In this document: positions 46,128-53,904 of the stretch, one piece after another | How the letters are laid out: each line of letters opens with the position of its first letter | How positions within the stretch are numbered: the first letter of the stretch is position 1 | IMG/VR virus record: IMGVR_UViG_3300008952_000003 | Location: 129,158 to 193,157 of that record | DNA from: a virus | Direction: 5' to 3' (one strand) | Length of the DNA: 64,000 bases | The notes under the pieces: model-generated | Told to the model about the DNA's origin: nothing | What the model saw: only the letters and a program-made list of their open reading frames with translations | Databases searched by the model: none | Translations under genes and position numbers: made by a program

Positions 46128-46378
46128 TGAAGTTTAAACCTGGAAATTTATTGAAGCACGAGAGGTCTTCCGGGCTCTGGATTGTCGTTGAGGCGCTCCC
46201 AATAAATAAGAAGGGCTCGCCTCACCGCCCGACCGTCTTTAGGCTCCAGATGACTGCCACTTGTGTCCAGCCCGGTACTTCAAACCTCCACTATCCTGGG
46301 AGCAGCGATACCTGGCTTTTCAAGGAGAAAGATGGAAGCGACCATAACGATATGTGGAAGGTGATAAATGAAATTTAA
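46127..46378 (+). CDS. small SH3/KOW-like array protein
   Basis: MKFKPGNLLKH. Confidence 0.6.
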   Translation: MKFKPGNLLKHERSSGLWIVVEALPINKKGSPHRPTVFRLQMTATCVQPGTSNLHYPGSSDTWLFKEKDGSDHNDMWKVINEI

Positions 46379-46613
46379 AGTCGGAGATTTAATAACTCAC
46401 AAGCCTTTGGGTGGTAATACCGCCGTTGATGCGATTATCTTGAAGCACTGGCAAACTGAAACACCAGGAATGGGCGCCCAACAAAAGACGCAGCGCGTTG
46501 ATAACGTGCATTTATTCATAACTTTCGACGAGGCTGACCCGACTGCAGTTGGCGATATTGACGTGATGTGCGGTTTCCGAGAGCAGCATTGGAGCTTAAA
46601 AAATGGAGTTTAA
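46368..46613 (+). CDS. small SH3/KOW-like array protein
   Basis: MKFKVGDLITH; similar to 46603 (KHW, DNV.LF.T.D). Confidence 0.6.
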   Translation: MKFKVGDLITHKPLGGNTAVDAIILKHWQTETPGMGAQQKTQRVDNVHLFITFDEADPTAVGDIDVMCGFREQHWSLKNGV

Positions 46614-46824
46614 AGCTGGAGATATTGTAGTTTATAAACAGGACGGCAAATCGTCAATTGAGGGCATTGTCGTCAAGCACTGGAAAGGGCCAAACCCGTG
46701 GGTAGCGGGAACCATTGATAATGTAGATTTATTCGTAACTTTGGATACGACCTGGCCTTCTAAGCTTCATAAAATTGAGACGTTTAGAAATTTTAGTACC
46801 CAGATTTGGGAGGTGAAAACATGA
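46603..46824 (+). CDS. small SH3/KOW-like array protein
   Basis: MEFKAGDIVVY. Confidence 0.6.
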   Translation: MEFKAGDIVVYKQDGKSSIEGIVVKHWKGPNPWVAGTIDNVDLFVTLDTTWPSKLHKIETFRNFSTQIWEVKT

Positions 46825-47048
46825 AAAAGGGCGACCTAATTCAGCTTCGAACCTCGGTTGCCGCGCGCCGCTGCAGGGGGATTGTATTGGAAGACGCCCC
46901 AAAAGATGCCAATTTTAGAACGAGAATCGCGGTGTATATGTTTTACGTTCCATCCTGGAACAACCTTAAATCAGGGGAAATTTGGGACATCCCCCTGAAC
47001 AAGCTAGGCAAGCAATATGAGATTTTGGGTAAAATCGAAACTATCTAA
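46821..47048 (+). CDS. small SH3/KOW-like array protein
   Basis: MKKGDLIQL. Confidence 0.6.
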   Translation: MKKGDLIQLRTSVAARRCRGIVLEDAPKDANFRTRIAVYMFYVPSWNNLKSGEIWDIPLNKLGKQYEILGKIETI

Positions 47049-47051
47049 GGT

Positions 47052-47321
47052 GTGAAAAAGAGATATCTCCCAGGTCAAATAGTGAGTTTTATGAGGACTG
47101 GGGCTATATATTTGTTAATTGAGGAAGTGGAGATATCAATGCTTTCACCTCATTTTTTTAAAGGAACTGGTCAGGGGTTTAGAGCTAGAATTCTCTATAC
47201 AGGAAGAACCTGGTCGAAACCAGGCGAAGAAAGGGAGATATTCATCCTGCACGCATCATCTTATTACGAGATTTTATCGGACGTCGCCCCAGCCGCGCCC
47301 GCCCAGATAGTTGGTGATTAG
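47052..47321 (+). CDS. small SH3/KOW-like array protein
   Basis: YLPGQIVSF. Confidence 0.6.
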   Translation: MKKRYLPGQIVSFMRTGAIYLLIEEVEISMLSPHFFKGTGQGFRARILYTGRTWSKPGEEREIFILHASSYYEILSDVAPAAPAQIVGD

Positions 47322-47359
47322 CGCGTTTCGCGCGATTTTTTTCCGCTAAATTTTTTTTT
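47321..47359 (-). repeat. A-tract/CGCG intergenic motif, copy 1 (inverted relative to 56436)
   Basis: minus strand reads A9-TTTAGCGG-A7-TCGCGCGAAACGCGC. Confidence 0.55.
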
Positions 47360-47374
47360 CAACAGGATCACATT

Positions 47375-47632
47375 GTGAAGTTTAAACCAGGAAATATCAT
47401 CGAACATTGCCCCACCAAAACAAGATGGATTGTGCTCTCTGCAGAGAATGTCGAGAAAAGAACAGGAATAAACAGCGCTTATAAGCTAGAAGTCGAAGCT
47501 TATTGCGTCTATTTGGGAAAACACAAGAGGGCAATTAAATATTGGGAAGTTAATCAGCGTGATACCTTTGTTTTGACACAGCAAGATTTAAATCCGAGTG
47601 ACTTTGTATGGGAGGTTAGGAATGAAGTTTAA
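47375..47632 (+). CDS. small SH3/KOW-like array protein
   Basis: MKFKPGNIIEH; similar to 46127. Confidence 0.6.
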   Translation: MKFKPGNIIEHCPTKTRWIVLSAENVEKRTGINSAYKLEVEAYCVYLGKHKRAIKYWEVNQRDTFVLTQQDLNPSDFVWEVRNEV

Positions 47633-47813
47633 ACCAGGACAATTGGTGAGAAAGAAAGCGAGAAAAGGAGATCCAGACGCAATCTATTATGTATTGGACA
47701 CGAACTATCCTAAAATGCTGATTCATTGTGTTGAATCACTCTTTGATTTTATACAGGGGGAAGCCTATGAAGTCTGTGTTGGTGAGTGTGAATTGTTGAT
47801 GGATTACCGATGA
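47622..47813 (+). CDS. small SH3/KOW-like array protein
   Basis: MKFKPGQLVRK. Confidence 0.6.
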   Translation: MKFKPGQLVRKKARKGDPDAIYYVLDTNYPKMLIHCVESLFDFIQGEAYEVCVGECELLMDYR

Positions 47814-48055
47814 CCTCGAAACCCGCGAAGATTAGGCTTGAAGCGGGGGATATCGTAACTCTCGATTATGCCCGCGACAAGCCAAAGGGAGACGCGCCAT
47901 TATTCATAACGCTAGATGATCCGCCCTCGGTACACTATTCGGTGAATGTTTACTGCTTTTATAGCCCAGATCCAGGGTATGGGTACACGAATGCTGCTTG
48001 GCTTCATACAATTTTTGACATTTCCCAGAGCAGGTTAATAAAAGTTAATTATTGA
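47810..48055 (+). CDS. small SH3/KOW-like array protein
   Basis: RLEAGDIVTL. Confidence 0.55.
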   Translation: MTSKPAKIRLEAGDIVTLDYARDKPKGDAPLFITLDDPPSVHYSVNVYCFYSPDPGYGYTNAAWLHTIFDISQSRLIKVNY

Positions 48056-48076
48056 AAAAGTTTTTCTATTTACAAT

Positions 48077-48343
48077 GTGAGCGACTTCTTTCCAGGTGAT
48101 TTCATAGAGGAAACCATCGATAATAGAATAGTTGGCTATTATATAGTATTAACCAGGCATTATTTAAACGGTTGCAAAGAGGATGGCATGATTTTGGGAT
48201 ATTACACTTTAATAGTATATAGTACAGGACACGCATTGCCAACTCATTCTCCAGGATCAAACTGGTTTATCAAGCACTCTGATTTACAAAAATCCGATTT
48301 CAGAGTGGTATCCAGTGGCAAATTGTTGTGTCAAAGTCAATAA
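48077..48343 (+). CDS. small SH3/KOW-like array protein
   Basis: FFPGDFIEE...YYIVL. Confidence 0.55.
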   Translation: MSDFFPGDFIEETIDNRIVGYYIVLTRHYLNGCKEDGMILGYYTLIVYSTGHALPTHSPGSNWFIKHSDLQKSDFRVVSSGKLLCQSQ

Positions 48344-48642
48344 TAGAAATCAATCCGGGTGACATTGTGGCGGAGATACTTGGCGGAGAAGAGACGGGCC
48401 GATATATTGTCACGAGCAGAAGATTCGTGCGAGACCACACATTAAGAGAATATGTCATGTATGAGGCGATTATTATATATATAACTGATGAATGGACAGA
48501 CTTTCATAAGCCGGGTGATAAGTGGTCATTCGAATTGTATTCAGACGGGCACAGTATACAGGACGTTAGTTTCGGATCTTACACCTACAAAGTCCTGTTT
48601 AGAAGCTCGTTAACGTGGAAAGACATAGAAGTCATGGAATAA
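48328..48642 (+). CDS. small SH3/KOW-like array protein
   Basis: INPGDIVAE...RYIV...LTWKD. Confidence 0.6.
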   Translation: MSKSIIEINPGDIVAEILGGEETGRYIVTSRRFVRDHTLREYVMYEAIIIYITDEWTDFHKPGDKWSFELYSDGHSIQDVSFGSYTYKVLFRSSLTWKDIEVME

Positions 48643-48650
48643 ACACGCTA

Positions 48651-48989
48651 ATGACATTTGACGCAAAAACATTTAAAAAGAGCATCAGAAGGGGTGATAT
48701 CCTCGTTGAAAAGTACAAACTAACAAAGCACGGACATCGAGAAGTGGTTAGCATATATCTAGTATTAAACAGGCATATGGAGAGTGAACCCATGGTCGAT
48801 GGATACGAGAGAACACTTTTTTATAAAACCTATTTAATGTACGTTAATACTCGACAATGGTCATCAGGAGAGAAAAATCTGGTTGGAACGATATACTATT
48901 TATCAGAGCATGAAATCAGTGACCATCACAATTGGGAAAAACTGTTTGAATCTGGTTTATCATGGAATGATTCTTATCCGAGGACATAA
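48651..48989 (+). CDS. small SH3/KOW-like array protein
   Basis: IRRGDILVEK...ESGLSWND. Confidence 0.6.
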   Translation: MTFDAKTFKKSIRRGDILVEKYKLTKHGHREVVSIYLVLNRHMESEPMVDGYERTLFYKTYLMYVNTRQWSSGEKNLVGTIYYLSEHEISDHHNWEKLFESGLSWNDSYPRT

Positions 48990-48997
48990 AAAAGAAA

Positions 48998-49276
48998 ATG
49001 AAAATTGATGAGTTATCTCCAGGGGATATAGTAAGAGAGAAGGACGGCGATGAAGAAATAGCTCGTTATATAGTAATAAACAGGCATATCCAGCACCCAG
49101 GCGCACAATATTATTATGTCGAATATGATTGTATAATATTGTACTATAATGGTAAGTTATACCAGAGACCTGAAAAGGTAGGAACATGGTGGATAATTGA
49201 TTCAATCAATCTTAATAGTCCCAGAGAGAACTGGGAAATTGTGGTAGAAAGTGGGTTATCGTGGGATGATGATTAA
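48998..49276 (+). CDS. small SH3/KOW-like array protein
   Basis: LSPGDIVRE...RYIV...ESGLSWDD. Confidence 0.6.
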   Translation: MKIDELSPGDIVREKDGDEEIARYIVINRHIQHPGAQYYYVEYDCIILYYNGKLYQRPEKVGTWWIIDSINLNSPRENWEIVVESGLSWDDD

Positions 49277-49522
49277 TATCACAAAACGTAGATTAAAATA
49301 AGGGAATAATAGAATCACAATAGGCATGGAAGAAATAGGGGAATCACGGTGAGGATCTAGTACGTTGTAACTAGAATGTCAAGCGCCATTATTGTGAAGA
49401 TTCTGTCAATTCTTCATATATTTACTTGACAAATGTAAACACGCTTATATACCCCCTTATCGCAATCACAGTACTCATATCGAGTGATTAATCATATGCC
49501 ACCATCAAACACACTAATCGCG

Positions 49523-49556
49523 TGTCAAGTATTTAATTGTCAAAAGAATGTCAAGT
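49523..49556 (-). promoter_or_regulatory. minus-strand copy of the three-box module without a recognisable -10
   Basis: TGTCAA at 49523, 49538, 49549 (15 and 11 bp spacing). Confidence 0.7.
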
Positions 49557-49576
49557 GAAGATAAACAAGATTCCCC

Positions 49577-49606
49577 TTGACATTTCCCCCAATATCATGG
49601 TATACT
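49577..49606 (+). promoter_or_regulatory. sigma70-type promoter
   Basis: TTGACA-18-TATACT with TGn. Confidence 0.65.
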
Positions 49607-49622
49607 AGTATTATAGGAGAGA

Positions 49623-49763
49623 ATGATGGAAGCACTATTACGCAATATACTCCTGCTTTTTGGAGTGTTGTTCATAATTGACTTTGTAACTGAATATCCA
49701 AAGACATTCGATAATGTCGATGAAACCGTTGAAAACATTAAAGCCAAATTTGGCAGTAAATAA
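49623..49763 (+). CDS. small membrane protein (46 aa)
   Basis: SD AGGAG; one TM helix. Confidence 0.6.
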   Translation: MMEALLRNILLLFGVLFIIDFVTEYPKTFDNVDETVENIKAKFGSK

Positions 49764-49773
49764 GGAGATTATC

Positions 49774-49860
49774 ATGCCATCACGATTTACCGACATTGTA
49801 ATAGTGATATCACTCGCGTATCTTGTGGGTTTTGCATTGTATGCTTACATACTAGCTTAA
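49774..49860 (+). CDS. membrane micro-peptide (28 aa)
   Basis: SD AAGGAG; hydrophobic. Confidence 0.55.
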   Translation: MPSRFTDIVIVISLAYLVGFALYAYILA

Positions 49861-49966
49861 TCACAAAACACGTCAAACGCACAAATCTGACAGAAAATTC
49901 GGAGAGCCTATAAGAATATAAATATTATGTCCTCGGTCATATAGAGGGTTATAACACGAATATCAC

Positions 49967-50023
49967 TCTTGACATTCTCTTTACAATTAAGTGATAGACT
50001 TCAAACGCTATCGGGTGTATAAT
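49967..50023 (+). promoter_or_regulatory. 57-bp early promoter module, copy 9
   Basis: TCTTGACATTCTCTTTACAA..TAGACT-17-TATAAT. Confidence 0.85.
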
Positions 50024-50051
50024 TGTATTATAAGTCAGAGGAGCGACCCAC

Positions 50052-50243
50052 ATGAATAAAAAACGCCGTTCATATCGTCCACGCAAGCCGGCCCGCACGC
50101 CTTGGATTGTCTGTTGGACTCACAACACAACAGGATTCGCAGACGCGTCGACTGTGTACGCGAAAGACGAGGAACAAGCTAAGCTTTTGGCGTCTAACGG
50201 TTACACCTCGAACATCACAATTACCAGCGTTTATCGCGCTTAA
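50052..50243 (+). CDS. small hypothetical early protein
   Basis: SD GAGGAG. Confidence 0.65.
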   Translation: MNKKRRSYRPRKPARTPWIVCWTHNTTGFADASTVYAKDEEQAKLLASNGYTSNITITSVYRA

Positions 50244-50266
50244 TCACCCCAGTATAGGATAATAAT

Positions 50267-50662
50267 ATGAAAGATATCAGATTAATGATTGCAGAAAAAA
50301 TGGACGATATGCTTGACGAGCTTTTGTCAGACCTCGCGTACGACTTAGACCTGGATGATGCCGATTTGGATTACGACGTTAAACAGGATGTAAGTGATGA
50401 ATGGGGCACCATGGTCGATAAAATCACTGAAGCTGTTGAGAATCACGTTCAGGCAGTTGTCGAGGTTAAAACAGAGCAATTGCTTGAAGAGTGGAAAGGG
50501 TGGTCATTGCCTATTATCAAGAAAGAATGCGAACAAGATGGCGTCATGGACGGGCCAGCGCGCCGAGAGGATTGGTGCAATTTCGTCGACGCAAAGCAGA
50601 AAAACGGTGAAATCTCCGATTTTGTCGCTGAACTCGTGGATGCTGACGTTGAGAGTGTATAA
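50267..50662 (+). CDS. acidic hypothetical protein
   Basis: D/E-rich; REDWCNFVDA C-terminal motif. Confidence 0.65.
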   Translation: MKDIRLMIAEKMDDMLDELLSDLAYDLDLDDADLDYDVKQDVSDEWGTMVDKITEAVENHVQAVVEVKTEQLLEEWKGWSLPIIKKECEQDGVMDGPARREDWCNFVDAKQKNGEISDFVAELVDADVESV

Positions 50663-50754
50663 TGAATGACTCAATATTGGACTTTCTTGGCCTATTATCA
50701 ATCTTCGCAACCTGTTATTTCCTGCTAATCGCATCACAACTCATCGGAGCATAA
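50662..50754 (+). CDS. membrane micro-peptide (30 aa)
   Basis: ATG overlaps upstream TAA; hydrophobic. Confidence 0.5.
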   Translation: MNDSILDFLGLLSIFATCYFLLIASQLIGA

Positions 50755-50756
50755 TT

Positions 50757-51026
50757 ATGTTTGACCCACACGCAATCGGACCTTTTGCAGAATCCCAAAC
50801 CAAGGCTTTAAGCTTCATTACGAGCCTTATCGTTAATACTGCAGTCACCGAGACTCTTAAAGTCATGGATGATATGCAGTTAGAAGGCAAACAATTGCTT
50901 AAAGAACTTCGAAGTTCCGAGGGCAATAAAAAAGAAGAAGTAAAAGCAGCTTTGAAACTGCACATTAAAGACTCTAAACTCTTGCTTGAAACCATTATGA
51001 TGAACCCAATCGAAAAGGATGCTTAA
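50757..51026 (+). CDS. small hypothetical protein
   Basis: operon ORF. Confidence 0.6.
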   Translation: MFDPHAIGPFAESQTKALSFITSLIVNTAVTETLKVMDDMQLEGKQLLKELRSSEGNKKEEVKAALKLHIKDSKLLLETIMMNPIEKDA

Positions 51027-51029
51027 ACC

Positions 51030-51299
51030 ATGCGTATTGAAAACTATAAATCAAATCAAACTATCGTTCACACTAACACTTATACCGCTCTCTTGAGCTA
51101 TGGAGTCCCTCAAGTTGTTGTTTGTAACCCAGATATGCCATCGCTTGGTAATACTGTGCTTGTGAATAATAAGAAATACTCAAACACTACTTCGAAGCAC
51201 CGCAATGCTTATTTGCGTCAATTGTGTGATCGTTCATATACTATCATCGAAGCAACCCCCGCAGAGATTCAAGAAGTCACCGGCCTAGAAACCCGATAA
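51030..51299 (+). CDS. conserved small phage protein
   Basis: LLSYG...KYSNTTSKHRN motif typical of phage early ORFs. Confidence 0.65.
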   Translation: MRIENYKSNQTIVHTNTYTALLSYGVPQVVVCNPDMPSLGNTVLVNNKKYSNTTSKHRNAYLRQLCDRSYTIIEATPAEIQEVTGLETR

Positions 51300-51310
51300 T
51301 GGAGGACACT

Positions 51311-51457
51311 ATGAATATCGAGTTAACACCTGAAGAATTGGACGTTCTACGTCACGCACTCAAAGTCGAGATATCCTCCTTTAAAGGCGAGGAATTGGAA
51401 GACCCCGATCTTCAAGCTCTCTTCTCCCTCGTTCGCAAGTTAGAAGGTGCAGAATGA
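51311..51457 (+). CDS. small hypothetical protein (48 aa)
   Basis: SD GGAGG. Confidence 0.6.
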   Translation: MNIELTPEELDVLRHALKVEISSFKGEELEDPDLQALFSLVRKLEGAE

Positions 51458-51546
51458 CAAACACACGAAAGGTACTTATAATCGCACATATCGCTGACTG
51501 TGCATGCTGGGCGTCATTGGGCTTTCTAATAGGACAATTGATTTAG
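51454..51546 (+). CDS. membrane micro-peptide (30 aa)
   Basis: ATGA overlap with upstream gene; hydrophobic. Confidence 0.45.
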   Translation: MTNTRKVLIIAHIADCACWASLGFLIGQLI

Positions 51547-51583
51547 CCGAGGGCCTAACAAATAAATAAACCCATATCAGAAT

Positions 51584-51612
51584 AAGCCAGGTAACCCCTG
51601 GCTTTTCTTTTG
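51584..51612 (+). terminator. intrinsic terminator
   Basis: AAGCCAGG-TAACC-CCTGGCTT followed by TTCTTTT. Confidence 0.8.
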
Positions 51613-51808
51613 TCAAGTATTATTATCAGGCTTTACATTCTCTTGACAATTAAATGCTTGACACTCTATAGAGCAGTAACAAACTTATATAATACGAATT
51701 GACACAATCTTTACATATGACATAGTAATAAAAGAGTTTACAAGTATTTGACATATCACAATAACAAAGGAACAAACTGATTTGTCACAGCAAGCAAACG
51801 ATTTGTCA
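51611..51808. repeat. AT-rich array of TTGACA/TTTACA/TGTCA boxes
   Basis: boxes at 51611, 51632, 51643, 51658, 51699, 51710, 51737, 51748, 51783, 51804; many 11 bp apart. Confidence 0.7.
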
Positions 51809-51825
51809 GGATAAAACACGCTAAT

Positions 51826-51840
51826 GGGGGGTACCCCCCC
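51826..51840. other. G6-TA-C7 palindrome
   Basis: GGGGGGTACCCCCCC followed by more C tracts. Confidence 0.85.
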
Positions 51841-51941
51841 TCCCCCTCACACTCCCCGGAAAGTAGCCTCTAACCTGGGATATCGGCCGATCGGGCGAGG
51901 TACATTCGCGATATACACCCAGAAAATTCCCCAGAATAAAA

Positions 51942-51970
51942 TTGACAGAAACCGGTTTCTGTGGTATACT
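51942..51970 (+). promoter_or_regulatory. sigma70-type promoter with an 18-bp perfect palindrome over the spacer
   Basis: TTGACA-17-TATACT; ACAGAAACCGGTTTCTGT at 51945-51962. Confidence 0.85.
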
Positions 51971-51996
51971 ACGAGTATAACAAGAGGAGTAGGTAC

Positions 51997-52683
51997 ATGT
52001 ATTTTGGTAAAGAACAAGAAAAGCAAGTATTGAGATATCTGCAGACAAGAGATGAAAACCTGTACCACAAGGAAGTTCATAAATTGCTTAAGAATATAGC
52101 ATATGGAGTGGCAGCAAAAATGAAAATGAAGCCAGCTAGTCTATACCAATCAAAGGCCGTCAAAGACGGGTGCATCTCTCTCATGTGGGAAAAGCTTACT
52201 TCAACCTGGAATCCAAACAAAGGTCGCGCATACTCCTATTTAACAGCAATTGCACAAAATTATTATTGCAGCGTATGGAGGACATATCACAAAAAGACCA
52301 AAACTCTCTACAAAACTGGCCAAGAGATCGATCGGATCTATCATGCCGCTCATAATCCAAGCTTAAACTCAAATGTGCGAGGCCAAATTGGGTCAATTGA
52401 GGAGTTTAGAATCAAAGAAGAAATCGAAAAGGAGCGGTTCGATTTAGCACTTCAAGTAACTGAGGAAACAAAAGCCCGACAAAAGGAGGCCTCCGTTGCT
52501 GAGGCGGTGATGATCATCCTCGAAAACGCAGACGACGTCGCAGTCTTTAATAAAAAAGCTATTTACCTATATATTAGAGAAATTACCGGCTTAAGCACAA
52601 AGCAGATTGTACGTGTACTAACTAAAATGAGAAAAAGGTACGGTAACCGGAAAATTTCCCAGAATAATTTTCCCATTTTTTAA
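51997..52683 (+). CDS. phage sigma-factor-like protein
   Basis: WNPNKGRAYSYLTAIAQNYY resembles sigma region 2 (FDPxKG..FSTYA); C-terminal IREITGLSTKQI HTH; SD GAGGAG before ATG 51997. Confidence 0.65.
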   Translation: MYFGKEQEKQVLRYLQTRDENLYHKEVHKLLKNIAYGVAAKMKMKPASLYQSKAVKDGCISLMWEKLTSTWNPNKGRAYSYLTAIAQNYYCSVWRTYHKKTKTLYKTGQEIDRIYHAAHNPSLNSNVRGQIGSIEEFRIKEEIEKERFDLALQVTEETKARQKEASVAEAVMIILENADDVAVFNKKAIYLYIREITGLSTKQIVRVLTKMRKRYGNRKISQNNFPIF

Positions 52684-52692
52684 AAAACAGAT

Positions 52693-52700
52693 ACTAATTA
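52693..52700 (+). promoter_or_regulatory. putative late promoter
   Basis: ACTAATTA. Confidence 0.5.
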
Positions 52701-52729
52701 CAGGAGTAGAAACACAAGGTATTATTTTC

Positions 52730-52931
52730 ATGAAAAACCAAACTAACAGTAGTAATCAGAGAGAACAAGAGCAGTGAACAGTTGGACGAGCTTCTGCCCG
52801 GCCCGGCCATCATAACGCATGCATACAAGTGGCTAGCCCCATTGCACGATATGGTGAATATGGCAGATCCCCGCATAATTCAAAGTGAGGTAGAAGTCTG
52901 GCTTGATAATCGGCACTACGACGCGCTTTAA
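52730..52931 (+). pseudogene. small ORF interrupted by a +1 frameshift in an A5 run
   Basis: ATG-AAAAA-CC; removing one A gives a 66-aa ORF MKTKLTVVIRE...; 202 nt = 3n+1. Confidence 0.5.
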
Positions 52932-52947
52932 TAAAACACAAAACCCC

Positions 52948-52976
52948 TTGACACGCACGTAGCCCCGTGTTATAAT
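52948..52976 (+). promoter_or_regulatory. sigma70-type promoter
   Basis: TTGACA-17-TATAAT. Confidence 0.85.
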
Positions 52977-52997
52977 AATACTATATAAGAGGTCAGA

Positions 52998-53468
52998 ATG
53001 GCATTTAGGCATCGATATATTGCAGGACCATTAACTATGGCCCTATTCTTTGTAGCACTAATGATCGCGCTATTTACAGCAGGCTGCGTGTCATATGACC
53101 CATATAACCCCTACGCCCCTAGAGATATATCTGATCCCGTCAAAACCCCCATATTCGAGGATGCCAAGGCGTCATGTTACTTTGAGCCGGCTATCAATGA
53201 TCACGTATGGCACTTTGAAGCTTGGATTCACTATCCTAGACACGACTTTAAACAATTGAAGAGAGCCTATGTTGAGGTGTATGATGGAGAATATCTTGTT
53301 GATTGGTTCGAACTTTATCGCGATAGTGGAAAGTATTGGGATACAAAACGCATCGAATCATATCAAACTGCTTTATATTGCGAGTATTTTGATGATTATG
53401 AAGCAGATTTCTTCGCTTTTGATCATAAAAATGAATCCGACATAATTACAGTACAGGACTTTAATTGA
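52998..53468 (+). CDS. lipoprotein (paralog of 55418-55846)
   Basis: lipobox FTAGC; W.F.AW...F.LY.D.G..W...LYC shared. Confidence 0.75.
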   Translation: MAFRHRYIAGPLTMALFFVALMIALFTAGCVSYDPYNPYAPRDISDPVKTPIFEDAKASCYFEPAINDHVWHFEAWIHYPRHDFKQLKRAYVEVYDGEYLVDWFELYRDSGKYWDTKRIESYQTALYCEYFDDYEADFFAFDHKNESDIITVQDFN

Positions 53469-53470
53469 AC

Positions 53471-53587
53471 ATGACCACTAAACACAAGCAAAAACCAGCG
53501 ATATACCGTATAATAACAAGAACTTTAACCAAACCAATGGTTAAATCACTCATAAAGCCACTGTATAAGTCAAAGGATGAGCAATGA
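53471..53587 (+). CDS. small basic hypothetical protein (38 aa)
   Basis: fills gap, overlaps next start. Confidence 0.4.
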   Translation: MTTKHKQKPAIYRIITRTLTKPMVKSLIKPLYKSKDEQ

Positions 53588-53904
53588 TCATCAATTTGGC
53601 ACAATCATACCTTCATGACCTATTCAAAGGAGAGCTTGAGCTATATTTGATGTCACAATATCCCGGCTTTAAGCTCAATAATATTCCAAATAAGCGAGTT
53701 GTGAAGGTTAAAGGCATCAAAATACCCAAAAATACCCCAAATGTGATTGACCGCATACTCGAATATTGCAAAAAGAAGGATAATGCACTCATGAGTTTAA
53801 GGAAATTCCTCCCAAGCTATAAAAGAAATGAAGAATTGATAATCAGAAAGATGAGACGCAAGGGCTTGAACCAATGGTACCTGACCGAGGATATAAAAAA
53901 ATAA
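53584..53904 (+). CDS. basic hypothetical protein
   Basis: operon ORF. Confidence 0.6.
   Translation: MIINLAQSYLHDLFKGELELYLMSQYPGFKLNNIPNKRVVKVKGIKIPKNTPNVIDRILEYCKKKDNALMSLRKFLPSYKRNEELIIRKMRRKGLNQWYLTEDIKK

Noticed and set aside
37076-50023. Promoter modules as a CRISPR-like or integron attC array
   Set aside because: Intervals are 0.4-5.7 kb of ordinary genes, the repeat is not palindromic like attC, and no cas or integrase gene is in the window
51821-52080. Short ORFs spanning the G/C palindrome (51824-52033 +, 51821-52048 -, 51847-52080 -)
   Set aside because: Low-complexity translations across a promoter/operator region; the sigma-like ORF has a better start at 51997
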